A stretch of 45,363 nt of DNA. Source: Tubiluchus corallicola (lineage: Eukaryota; Animalia; Priapulida). Below the pieces are notes generated by a model. The model made no database searches. It had not been told where the DNA came from and saw only the letters and a list, made by a program, of their open reading frames with translations. Position 1 is the first letter of the stretch. Each line of letters starts with the position of its first letter. The DNA lies in assembly GCA_030141605.1 (NCBI GenBank), contig JAQGDQ010001349.1:1-45363 (forward strand). Reading direction: 5' to 3'. The position numbers and the translations under genes are program-made. Positions 13,291 to 24,790 of the stretch are shown piece by piece.

Positions 13291-13592
13291 ATGGCAAGTG
13301 AAGTTTTACCGTGACAGCATTCATGATGCAATTTATCCAGTCACAAACTCAGTGTTTGCCCGTTTAATAAATAGCGTTAGATGAAATGATACAGCGGAGT
13401 CGAGAAAATCTAAGTTATTTTTCGTGAAAGTGGTTTTAAAGCAGCTCTGATGGCAAAATATGACTGTGTTTAAAAATGTAGTTTAGAACACTGCTTGTAT
13501 CCATATTACCTGACAAAGCTGAAACGCCAATAAAATGTCGAAAAATTAAGTAATTCTTGCCTATATCACTCAATACTGCTGATATCATGGAA

Positions 13593-13938
13593 GTATAATC
13601 TGGCCTGAGGGTATGAATTGTCCTAGGCCATAATGTACCCGGGGTATAATCTGGCCTGAGGGTATGAATTGTCCTAGGCCATAATGTACCCGGGGTATAA
13701 TCTGGCCTGAGGGTATGAATTGTCCTAGGCCATAATGTACCCGGGGTATAATCTGGCCCGAGGGTATGAATTGTCCTAGGCCATAATGTACCCGGGGTAT
13801 AATCTGGCCTGAGGGTATGAATTGTCCTAGGCCATAATGTACCCGGGGTATAAGCTGGCCCGAGGGTATGAATTGTCCTAGGCCATAATGTACCCGGGGT
13901 ATAAGCTGGCCCGAGGGTATGAATTGTCCTAGGCCATA
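13593..13938. repeat. 51-bp minisatellite, about 6.8 copies
   Basis: Unit GTATAATCTGGCCTGAGGGTATGAATTGTCCTAGGCCATAATGTACCCGGG. Confidence 0.95.
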
Positions 13939-14410
13939 AATTTACACAAATTATACCAGTCTATGCATCAAAAGCCCCAAAATAATCTTGGAATTCTGTA
14001 TGTCAAGTAAGGAGGCAATACATTTATTTGATTAAATTGTAAATGAATGTGACGTAAAAAAATTATGTCTTTTCGTCAGAAATCATTCTTTGAGCAGCAC
14101 AAGGCAACCTGGCGCACTGGTAACGAAACATTTTAAAAGAAAGAAGCAAATTTAACCAAGCTGCAATAATGAAGCAGTATTGCGCGAGATACCAGTGATG
14201 TCACGCTGTACCTCATTATTAATGTTATTTTCAACTGTCGCATATAGTAAACTAAAAATTATTAAAGCAGGTGTGGACAAAGATATAATTTGAGCTCAAT
14301 ATTAAAAATGCTGCGCTACTTTAAGCTGTTCACGTGAATCTATTTTATTTTAGTAATTACTTTCTCTTCCCTCCACCCCATTCTCTCTCCTTCTTTCCCT
14401 CTCTCTCTCC

Positions 14411-14451
<41 letters not shown>

Positions 14452-14456
14452 CCTCT

Positions 14457-14512
<56 letters not shown>

Positions 14513-15595
14513 CACTCCCCGTACTCTCCTCTTCATCCCCCTCTGTCTCACTGTTAAGGCTTTCAGTGTGTCAGGCCCAAAGTCGTGATTAATGTTTGCC
14601 ACAGTACTATTCAGCTGGTGCCATCTATCCACAGATGACAAAACCAATTTTTACAACTCAAAACAGTCACAATCGCAGACGATAATTTTTTGTTTAAAAT
14701 AGCAATATCAAAAACAAAACAGAATTTATGCAGTTTACCGTTTCTATATTCGATTAAACTAATTTTAATTGTTTGGTTTCTAATAAAAAAAGGCTAAAAT
14801 AATCTATAGTATCTTATCACTGTCTAAGTATGGCCAGAGAATGTAATAACCGCAAGCGGAATGTACAGCGCGAGTATAAAAATTCCTGGCATAATCTCAA
14901 GTAAAAATCTGCATGCAACTTATCATGGGGGGAAAAGGGAATCCGTGATACCAACCGTCCTCGAGCAACGTGCAATAAACAAGAGCAAAATTAGCCAACA
15001 CAGCAAAATACTAGGAACTTCGTTGAGTTTACTGGATGGGAAAGCATGATAGGATGGTATGGTTTTAAAACCTGGCTTCAGCAAGTCCAGGCAGCTGCTA
15101 TTCATTACCGTTGCTCCCCTTGAGCGGGTGATAATTCGACTAATTTTGTAAAACTATGTCACGAAGATTTTGCATATTGTGTTTTTTGTTCAAGGGGGTG
15201 TGCGCCATTTTATTCCAGTGGCAAAATTCGATTTTATGCGTGATGAACAATTTATAATTTTAAATAAATCTTTTTGTATTAAATAATTGGAACTTATCCG
15301 TGATTGTATTTATAACTTGTAACAAATCGATCCAACGAAAATCTCTGCACTTTCGATTAAAATGGCACTTTGTACAACAGTTCGTTTTGACTTTTGTCAT
15401 AGCAATCTCTTACATCTTTTTAATCCGGTACATCAATTGGCGCAAAATGCTGGCTCTTCCTCAAAGAGTGAGTACTTCAAAGGCAAAAAACTGGTACAAA
15501 GCAACGGCACGTCGAAAGAAAGAAAGTCAGTACAAAAAAGATGTCTCTTCCTTACTTACTGTCGAGCAGTAAACTAGAACAGAAACGATAGTAAA

Positions 15596-15978
15596 GACTA
15601 GCAAAATCCCCGCCAAATTTTTTGCGTATAAGTACACTTATAATCAATAACGCGCGAACATCCTAAATAGTCGTCATTTACAACGCGAAGCCAGTAGCAG
15701 CAGCTTTTACAGAATTAAAGTTATAAGGTTATAGTCAGAGTATAATGGATGACGTCAGAACAATGGCTTTGCGCCAGCAGTTTTCCAAGCGAAAATCGTG
15801 CGAAATGGAACCTCCAATCAACTCATCACAGCTCCTCAGGAAGCAAGCGTCCTAAAATACAGTCCACATCATCGTGTAGCCCTGTTCTTCCTCTTTCTAA
15901 AGAGCTATATACCTCCTTTCGAGAGCTCCACCGAGCGCCGCTAGAACGTTTTTCCTGCAGGCTGTTTGATCAAAATTT
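15596..15978 (-). repeat. Unclassified interspersed repeat; inverted copy at 33573-33955
   Basis: Shared blocks AACGTTCTAGCGGCGC, TATATAGCT.TTTAGAAAGAGGAAGAACAGGGCTACACGATGATGTG and GCCATTGTTCTGACGTCATCCATTATACTCTG. Confidence 0.75.
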
Positions 15979-16357
15979 CGAAAAAATCCGGAGTTGGGTC
16001 CGGGAAAATGCCCGTTACGTTGTGCCGTGACCCTCCTGCGAATTCTAAATATGCCTACTACACCCACCGCTGAACGGGCTATCTATCCATAGCCAGCACC
16101 ACCCCCGGCTCGTTCCCTATGTGCGATCCAGAGAATAGCAGCGGCTTGTAAAGGTGAAGAAAAGGCATGTTTGGAATTCTATATCTTCTAATGTCAGAAT
16201 AGCATCACGCCTACCTAGATTTAAGAAGGAGATGAAATCATGTCTCTTAAATACATTGAATTGAATTTAATTTAATTTAAATTTATTGACTAACAGGGAT
16301 AAAGCATATTAATAATACATCAGGTACAAAGTTGTAAAGAATTAGTTCAAATTAGAA

Positions 16358-16655
16358 ACAATTCTTGTTACTTATGCAAACCTGCAAAGGTCGACAAATG
16401 TTACATACATTACAATCACGTTTTTCAATACAATTCTTGTTAACTTACTCAAACCTGTAAAATGTTACATACATTACAATCATGTTTTTCAATACAATTC
16501 TTGTTAACTTACTCAAATCTGCAAAGTTTGACAAATGTTACATACATTACAATCACGTTTTTCAATACAATTCTTGTTAACTTACTCAAACCTGCAAAGT
16601 TCGACAAATGTTACATACATTACAAATCACGTTTTTCAATACAATTCTTGTTAAC
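16358..16655. repeat. Tandem repeat of about 73 bp, 4 copies
   Basis: Recurrent CAATTCTTGTTAAC...GTTACATACATTACAATCACGTTTTTCAATA. Confidence 0.9.
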
Positions 16656-16661
16656 ATTGCA

Positions 16662-17185
16662 TGACGTCATGTACCAAACGTAAATCAAGGGAAGAAAAGG
16701 CAATGTTAAATTATGTCTCAAAAGACTTTCCGTGCAAATCTATATTACTTAGATTTTCGCTTACTTGCTAGAAAGACTTATGTAACTAAAAAAGAAAATT
16801 ATTAATTATTTAAAATGTTTTCGAAAAATGGGTAAAATGTTGTTGACTCACCCTCCAGGGTGCACCACTCACTAACCAAAAAGCGTCTTTTTAATCTTAT
16901 TGACAAGATACAGTATTTTAAAACTTTATTTAGTTAGTGACTTGAGCGCTACGAATGCTCTGGTTATTTTTTCAAACTTTACAAAATGTTATCTAAACTT
17001 GTTTCAAATGACCTGTCGTGAAAATGGCTGCGCCTAACGGTCATCGCGGGAGTTTAAATTTAGTACACGTTTTATACAGCGTGACCTGCCGATTGAATGC
17101 CTGCATGCAAAAAAGCAGTATGTAAGCGATATAAAATTTCAAAACGAATTTTTCAAGCTTTGTTTCAAGTTTTGTTGTGCTTTAA
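16662..17185 (+). mobile_element. TTAA-ended repeat (possibly Kolobok-type MITE arm)
   Basis: Ends ...TGTGCT|TTAA. An inverted copy lies at 18731-19245. Confidence 0.7.
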
Positions 17186-17349
17186 GCACGGTGATACAAT
17201 GTGCATTTCCAAATTAAACAAGGTGTTTATGCCAAATACAGTACGCACCGCCTATTAGATTCACGGTTAATACATTCAGTCGCTTAATTGACTCAATATT
17301 TTACTTCGCGTACTTAAAATAAGAAACTTGTGTGACCAAGAGCTTTAAT

Positions 17350-18000
17350 ATAGATAGATAGATATTTTATTTCTGAAAATCAAATTTCCAACATGAGAAT
17401 TACAAACTCGACGCATACCCGATGGTTTTATCAGCGGGCAGAGCTCGGGTAATGATTTCCAGATCATACTAACAATTTGACTCAACATAGCTGCACAAGG
17501 TATATACACAGATATACAAATTTAGTTGTAAACTCTATGAAGGGAAAAGAACTATTTACTAAGCATTTGTACACATGTGATAAACAAATATTTTACCTAT
17601 ATGATAATCACAGTGATGCGGTTATATGTCCGCTAACAAAGCTATACTATTTAATTCAAAAATCTATGCATACAGTCATAAACGAAATTTCCAATTGACA
17701 TTAATTCTCCGTCAAACAAATTTGCAATATTACTATAATTTAACGGGTACAGTGATCTATAAAGTGCATTTTCATGGCGCTCGCACAAAAAATGCTTTTC
17801 TGTCTGAATTTCTCCACAAAGACACAACCTGCGCTCACGAGGTACATTTGCCCAACGACCTGTTTCTATAGCTAGATTGTGTGATGAGACTCTTATTCTT
17901 GTGATGATTATACGTTTGTGCCCAGGTAACTCTGTGTTCCCATACATTGGATGCACAGACAAATTGGGATTTATTTCCAAATAAGTCTTGCATTTTGCAC
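17350..18000 (-). mobile_element. 5'-truncated LINE (RTE-X-like) ORF2 end with (CTAT)n tail
   Basis: RIRVSSHNLAIETGRW...PRERRLC.CGEIQTEKHFL motif, then AATAAA and a tetramer tail. Confidence 0.75.
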
Positions 18001-18067
18001 TGCTTTGATGTCAACTTGAACCGTCTTTGAATGTTTCAACAGCTAGACAATACAACCTAGTCTCATA

Positions 18068-18250
18068 CAGAGAACGAGAGTCTGTTTGCCTAAGCAATGT
18101 TGCATAAGATGAATGGTAATAATTTTTGCAGAGGTGACCGAAGGGTTCAGCTTAACCTAATTATCGAAGGTTCCTCTAAATTTTGGTGGTAACTCATCAA
18201 TTCAAAAACAGTCGTCTGCAATTATCAGTAAAATTGGGCCTTTAGAATGT
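18068..18250. repeat. Repeat of about 183 bp; direct copy at 20042-20224
   Basis: CAGAGAACGAGAGTC...TTGGGCCTT.AGAATGT occurs in both. Confidence 0.75.
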
Positions 18251-18730
18251 TTCTCGTGTTTAAGTGCCGAACAGAACAAACAAAGGACGCCCCGATTAAA
18301 GACACGTGTGCTGCTCCATATTACGATATTTGTTTACATTTGGTATTCAGTTGAAATACGAATATTCACGTAATTAATATCTCTTATACGATTTCGGAGA
18401 ATAAAAAAATTCCACAGTGTCCACAGGAATAACCTTATAAATTAGTTTTGTTTTATATTTAGCCATATGAACGTCCTAATGATTTTCTAATAACCCGGTT
18501 TCGTGGCGTATAATACCATGCACAACACCCAGATACAGCTGCGCCAATAATTCAACAAATTTTTCAGGTTTAGCTAAAGTAACAACTTGACAAAATTAAT
18601 GAGATTTAGCTGCGCCAGTGTTTAGCTACGTGGTTTCGAGAGTTACGAACAAGAGGGTTTCAATAGATCATTCGTGTTTAGCCATAACAAATTACAAAAA
18701 ATATCGTAATGTACTGCAGTTACAGCTAAT

Positions 18731-19245
18731 TTAAAGCACAAGAAAACCCGTCATGAACACAAAGCTTAAAAATTTCGTCTTATATTACTTACATACTGCC
18801 TTTTTACATACAGGACTTCAATCGGCAGTAACGCTGTATGAAAAATGTATATTTAAACTCCCGCGATGACCGTTAGACGCGGCCATTTTGACGACAGGTC
18901 ATTTAAAACGAGTTTAGATAACATTGCGTAAAGTTTGAAAAAATAATCAGAGCATTCGTAGCGCACATGTCATTAAATGAGTAAAATTCTAAATAGCTGT
19001 ATCTTGTCAATAAGATTAAAAATACGTTTTTGGTTAGTGAGTGGTGCACCCTGGAGGGTGAGTCAGCGACAATTTTACCAATTGGTGAAAACATTTTAAA
19101 TTGTTAATAATTTTTATTTTTAGTTACATAAGTCTTTCAAGCAGGTAAGCAAAAGCTAAGTAATATAGATTTGCATGGAAAGTTTATTGGGACATAATTT
19201 AGCATTTCCTTTTCTTCCCCTGATTTACGTTTGCGTAGTGACGTC
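18731..19245 (-). mobile_element. Inverted copy of 16662-17185
   Basis: Begins TTAA|AGCACAAG. Its reverse complement aligns over about 510 bp. Confidence 0.7.
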
Positions 19246-19393
19246 GGAACACATCAACCATTGTTTGTTTGCGCAATAATGAGTTTTAAACTAGTGAACT
19301 TGCCCGAAGAAATGGTTTCTAGCAACCGCAAAATTGTCTAAAATGCAGTAAAATGCACGTGTGGCCAAGACTTTCTGGCGTTTAGCTGTGTCC

Positions 19394-19642
19394 GGTGGGA
19401 AAATTAGCACGCACGAAACTTAGTAAATTTTGTATGAACAATGGGTGGGCTGTACACTTAACAGTCTCAAATCAGTTTTATGTTTGACTATCCACATTTT
19501 GCTGGGTAGATAATCTTGACACTAAATAAATTAAGCTTAAGTAATGGGTCATCCATTGCAGTGTATTAACTAACTTTTAAGATATGCGATATTACAATCA
19601 AATACAATGAATATTACCTAGGTATTTATTATTTATATATAT

Positions 19643-19682
<40 letters not shown>

Positions 19683-19873
19683 TTATTTATTTATTTATTT
19701 ATTAAAGCAGAATTTTTCACGTTTGGGGACGTCTATGTACCTGAATTTAGATCTCATTTGAGGTCTCCAAAATGTGCTTAAATACAGGATAATGTGTTGG
19801 TGGAGCTTACAGCGCTCGCCTCAAACCCCCTAGCTGCTTATGCGTCAATTTTTAACTCTGGTGGCGCCCATGG
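19394..19873. repeat. Copy of repeat 1-412 with an internal (AT)n/(TTTA)n expansion
   Basis: Direct alignment by eye. Confidence 0.75.
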
Positions 19874-20294
19874 TTTCCCCGATGGTAAATTTTATACTTG
19901 TTATCTCCTGTTCAGTTAAATTCTTGTCTCTGTGCAAAACTGTCACGTTTTCATTTATATTATTTTGACATGTTCATTTCTTTGGACGCCTTGATACTTC
20001 AAAACTGACTAGTTTTCGGTCTTTACTGTGTGTGTGTCATGCAGAGAACGAGAGTCGGTTTGCCTAAGCAATGTTGCATAAGATGAATGGTAATCATTTT
20101 TGCAAAAGTGACCGAAGTGTTCAATTTAACCTAATTACCGAAGGTTTCTCTAAGTTTTGGTGGTAACTCATCAATTCAAAAACAGTCGTTTGTAATTATC
20201 GGTAATATTGGGCCTTAAGAATGTCCAAAGTGGTGCGACAAAAAATAATTTGTAGGTTGTACTGCAACAAAGAAAACATAATGCTAATGCGTTT

Positions 20295-20690
20295 TATATA
20301 TATATATAATCTTTATTTGCCATTAAAATACATTGATAATCACTGATAAAAACTTTACAGAGATGATCAATCAGTGTTAGTTAATAAAAACTTACACTGC
20401 TGAAGGCAAATGCGTCTGTGCAATCTAAACTTCTGTGCAGTAATGGAAAGTAACGACGAATAAAATCAAACATATTTACAACTATGCACAAAAAATGAAA
20501 AACTATGATTTAATTAATATGGCCGTGGATACATAAATTCTGAATTAGCGTGTATGTTGTCGTACAGGTGTGATGGTATTTCATATCTGGTTAATATTAG
20601 TGATTTTAATTTTGTTTTAAATGCTGATAGGGACTTGATTTGTTTAACCTGTAATGGCAGAGAATTTCAAAGTAGAATTGTTTGTTTGAC
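20295..20690 (-). mobile_element. Degenerate LINE 3' end (CR1/L2 group)
   Basis: The minus strand reads *NSLPLQVKQIKSLSAFKTKLK (WNSLP motif with W changed to stop), then a UTR with AATAAA and (TA)n. Confidence 0.55.
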
Positions 20691-20753
20691 TACAATTAAT
20701 ACAATTTTAATACAATTAATAAAAGCGACATACACAAAATTACAAATACTTAC

Positions 20754-20864
20754 TGTCTGCAGTGACGGGGGAGCGTTTTTTGTTATCGTCATGTCCGCGA
20801 ACGATTCTAGACCCTGCATGGACGCTGACAAAGATGCCGCGTTTGCTACCTGCAAAAACGACAT
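20754..20864 (-). CDS. Candidate first coding exon of the F-box/LRR gene (MSFLQVANAASLSASMQGLESFADMTITKNAPPSLQT)
   Basis: aagATG start and 37 open codons ending at a strong ACA|GTAAGT donor in phase 0. This matches the phase-0 acceptor of the F-box exon at 7979. E2F/GC-box-like motifs lie about 80 bp upstream. There is no transcript evidence. Confidence 0.55.
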
Positions 20865-20940
20865 CTTCTCGACAGTCTCAAAAACTCTCACACACACACA
20901 CTTCGTTCACTTCATGTTTAGAATGTACTCGCACGATCTA

Positions 20941-20955
20941 GTTTCCCGCCCCGCA
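20941..20955 (-). promoter_or_regulatory. E2F-like (TTTCCCGC) and GC-box (CCCGCCCC) motifs upstream of the candidate F-box first exon
   Basis: Overlapping motifs about 80 bp 5' of the ATG at 20864. Motif match only. Confidence 0.3.
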
Positions 20956-21534
20956 CGACGTGTAGGATATTTTTAGCTGATCAGACCCCCGCAGAAAGTT
21001 GACACTAGGGCCACATTGCACAGCAAAAAGGTTTTTGGTTTTATCTTCTGCAGATTCTTGTTGATGAAGCAACAACGCTGTATGGATTTTCCGAAGCCGC
21101 TTGGTGTAAAAGTTTGTCCGCTAAGGTTCGGTAAACATCGTGCTGGTTACTGGAAACCGAGAATTTTACAACTATACCAACAGTTTACTTGAGCAAGGAA
21201 CGCTTGACCTGGTTAACTGAACTTCATGAAGCCGTTCAATAGTCCGCGCATTGAGTCTTCTAAATCAAACAAATTTATTTTCCCTCAACATCTTATCACC
21301 GTTATCATCATCACCAACACTACTACTTTCACCACAACTACCGCCGTCGCCACTAGCGCCACCACCACTCGGTAATGGTATGACTCTTGCCACTTAGGAA
21401 TTCGACAATACTTTATTATACGCATAAGTCGGTTAATTGATTTATTTTCGCAATTCATTACTGTGTTAATTATATTTATTCAATACTAAGGGAAGGAGAA
21501 ATGGATGACTAATCATGGTGAGTACTTGGCTGCA

Positions 21535-21600
21535 AAAGTTAAGCAACACCGGGCTTGTTTAGTAAGCGATATGGTGACCGCCAGGAAAACTGTGTCTTCG
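21535..21600 (+). pseudogene. Degenerate 5S-derived fragment
   Basis: AAGTTAAGCAACACCGGGCTTGTTTAGTA...GGTGACCGCCAGGAAAAC aligns to the box A to box C region of 5S. Confidence 0.55.
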
Positions 21601-22643
21601 CAGTTGATATGACATACTTATCTCGTTGAAGGAGTATACGTGACTAAACATCATGACTAAACCTTTACCGGTTCAGGGCCTCATGTCAGAGGGTAACCTT
21701 GATACCTGATAGGATTTCGACATCGCCTCCGATTTCGAATAATTATTTTTCCACATTAATGCAACTGTTTGGGTTTTGTAGTGCCAAACAAACAAAATCA
21801 TCAGTACTGGTTAGTATAATATTTTATTGTTCGTGCACCAACATCAAGGCCGTGCCCTTTCGTCATTTCACTTGATATTTGACACGCTTTGATACGCCAT
21901 TTCCCAAATTATACATTTTATATCTTCAGCATCAAATCGTGAGTTAAACACAAAATTTATCAATACGTCATTGATTTTAAGGCATTGAAACTGGAATGAC
22001 AGGTATTTAAAACTAGAATGCTGATATTGAAGCCATATGTCACCACCTTACAGGTAAGAACAGGTATCTCAACTTAATCTAACCAAAACCGCACATTGAA
22101 CTATGTGTTATATTATTTGTTACATTGTTATAGCAAACTATTTTGGTCATTTAATGAACAAAACTTTAACTGCTGCACATTGGCTTGCAGAATGCAGAGA
22201 TACTATAAAAATACCACCACCGCCACCACTACCGCCACCACCAACCATCCACCACCACATTTTCCTTCTGCTGCTCTTTCATTTTGTTCCAATGGACTGC
22301 AATTTGCTTTATGCCACTTAAAGGCTGCTTACATTTATGTCTTGAGCTACATGTTTTTCTCAAGTACAACTTTAGTAATTGCTGACCTGAAAAATTACTA
22401 AAACACTAAATGCAGACTTTTTTCTTCCTTTGGCTCTAGGTCCTCATAACATTAATTTTAAATACGTAATAGTTAAATTGTTATCTAAAGATAGTCATGT
22501 GTGTCTCTTCTTTCCCATTATTGAACATTATTTTATTATAAACTAATACATTCGTATAATACTTCAATTTTCATTCGTCTTAAATGCAAAATCTGATAAT
22601 TTTTAATTACCTGGTACATGTGCATTAACTAATTAATTATATT

Positions 22644-22812
22644 CTTACTTACTTACTCACTCACTCACTCACTCACTCACTCACTTACTCACCCATCCTT
22701 GTCACTCACCCATCCAAGTACTAACCCGCCTCGTCGTTGCTTAACTTCGGTGATCAGACGAGAACCAGTGTCATCAACCTGTTTTGAACAACCGGTATTT
22801 TCAACGCCGTAA
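22644..22812 (-). pseudogene. Partial 5S-derived retrocopy with (GTGA/GTAA)n tail
   Basis: 22706-22778 is the reverse complement of the 5S core (GGTTCTCGTCTGATCACCGAAGTTAAGCAACG...TTAGTACTTGGATGGGTGA), running into a tetramer repeat. Confidence 0.7.
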
Positions 22813-23422
22813 TTGTGTATAAGCAGATGCGCGTGATATACAAGAATTGCAAACTTGCTACATAGGAACATGTACTCATGCGTATAAATTCTCCTCAAAT
22901 ACCAGTAAAATTCACACTAAGTTACGTTTATTAATAATAATCAGTACACAAATCGGTAACAACAGTATACAAACATGTTTAATATTAGCCTATATAGATT
23001 CCATTTTTTACGTTTTTAACAACGGTAGTGAACGACTTAAAAAAAGACTAAAATTCGGATTTCCGTGATAAGTAATCTAGCTTGTCGCCTAGGATTCATA
23101 AATTCCTAAGAAATTCACAGTCTTAAGGCTCATCACAGTCAGAAAAATAGAGCAATGGCGGAGAGAACCAAAAGACGGGTAAAATGTCATACAACTACTA
23201 TAGCTATAGCTCACGAAACGCCAAAATGCTAATGTATTGAAGGATATTAGGTGCACCTGTTTTAGAGCTTTCACTCTCTCCGGTTAATTAACGTCTTTAA
23301 TGAGGCGTGGCATGGTCGCACACATCACGCTTCTTAGTCATAATTATTTTGTCTGTCTAAATTTACATGGAAACTTCATTGGCTGCTTGGCGAGCTGGAG
23401 TGTTGCCATCAGTGATTGCAAA

Positions 23423-23670
23423 CAGGGCCTATTTCAGCCTAGGCGAGGCCAGGGGAAGTAGGGCGTGTGAGGCCCCATCGGGGGGTGGGGGGTGGCTTGC
23501 GCTACCGTGCTTGGCGCCTAGAAAATTTTTGAACTGCTAGAACGCCGGAGAAGCATTTTCGAAGAGAAAATATGGAGTTATACAGTTGTTAAAGGAAAGA
23601 ACAATTGAAAGAAAAACTGCTTTATTCTCAAGACCCCACTTCCCCCCCCCCCACCTTGAAATAGGCCCTG
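23423..23670. mobile_element. hAT-type MITE, same family as 13002-13290
   Basis: Perfect 14-bp TIR CAGGGCCTATTTCA and perfect 8-bp TSD ATTGCAAA. Confidence 0.9.
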
Positions 23671-23883
23671 ATTGCAAACCAAAAATACTCGTATCATCAT
23701 GTTTGCGAATACAGATTACAGTAGAGCAGCTGAGAGAAAAGTTCATTTTTAATAGATGATAAATCTTATTTATTGTGTGTTCACTATCTATAGTGCGAAA
23801 ACACGACAATCCAGCAGTATCAGTTACTTTTATCATTAACAGATTAAAGAGCAAAAAATTTAGTTCTTGATTTTATCTAAGAC

Positions 23884-24389
23884 AAGTTGCGGCTCGTAGC
23901 TAAAATTAGTGGGGGTGCTGCTGCAGAAAATTTTTAGCAATTGTTTTAATACTGTGTAAAACAAAACAAACATATGTAATTTTAATGTTGTAATTTTAAA
24001 CAAAAAACAAACATACGAAAATTTATACATAAGCTTGATATAATCCTAAACAAAACATATTTTTCGCTCACTAATAGCGTAAATTTTCGCAGTTCAAGTT
24101 CGATCCATTCAGGGTAAGCACGTGACAACTGACAACAAACTGTGTGAGCAACAGTACTTTCTCTACCTGGGCTCAGTCATATGGACATAGCCGCATGCGC
24201 ACAACAGCTAAACACGGCAATACTAGAGCGCACTGTCTTGGGCTGCGAAGCAAACAGTACTACCCTCACGTGCTCTGGTTTCATACAAGTATAAAGAAAA
24301 AAGACTTATTATATTGAATATTATCGATAATATTGAGTGACAATAGGTGGTGCAGCACTTCCACAGTACCTATACACGAGCCGCTACTG
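23884..24389. mobile_element. hAT-type MITE
   Basis: Imperfect TIRs AAGTTGCGGCTCGT and ACGAGCCGCTACTG, with an 8-bp TSD TCT(A/C)AGAC. Confidence 0.7.
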
Positions 24390-24464
24390 TCTCAGACTTA
24401 CAAGTCAAAATTAATCTCGCGTGGGTCACGTTTTATATGTCTAATAAGTTTACAAAAACGTCTC

Positions 24465-24790
24465 TGTTGTGTTTTGTTACTCTCGGAAGACTCGTAGAGA
24501 AAACCATAAAACATGCTGTCAAATAAAACTAGTTTATTTAGCGAGAATTCTACAACACAAAAGTATGAAGGCGCGTTGAGTGTACAAGAAAAAGTGTAAG
24601 TATACGTCCGTGTGAGATCTGCGTGCTCTGTGTGCTCTCGTGTCGGCGGCCTGCTTCGCCTTATATAGCGCGCTGTAGAAACTTCCAGAACAAATGTTCG
24701 AGAACAATCCAGACGGTAAGGCGGTCATTCCGACGGAACATTCTACGATATTCTATACAATTCTAATTGACGCCAGCGATCTCCACAACA
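24465..24790 (-). mobile_element. Solo LTR (326 bp) with heat-shock elements
   Basis: TGTTGTG...CACAACA termini and a perfect 5-bp TSD GTCTC (24460-64 and 24791-95). On the minus strand it carries nGAAn arrays, TATATAA (24661-67) and then AATAAA. Homologous to 41444-41826. Confidence 0.85.

Noticed and set aside
14551-14647. Possible extra minus-strand F-box exon (…VDRWHQLNSTVANINHDFGPDTLKALT|GTGAGA)
   Set aside because: It has a phase-0 donor but no in-frame ATG and no phase-compatible acceptor. It cannot be supported without transcripts.
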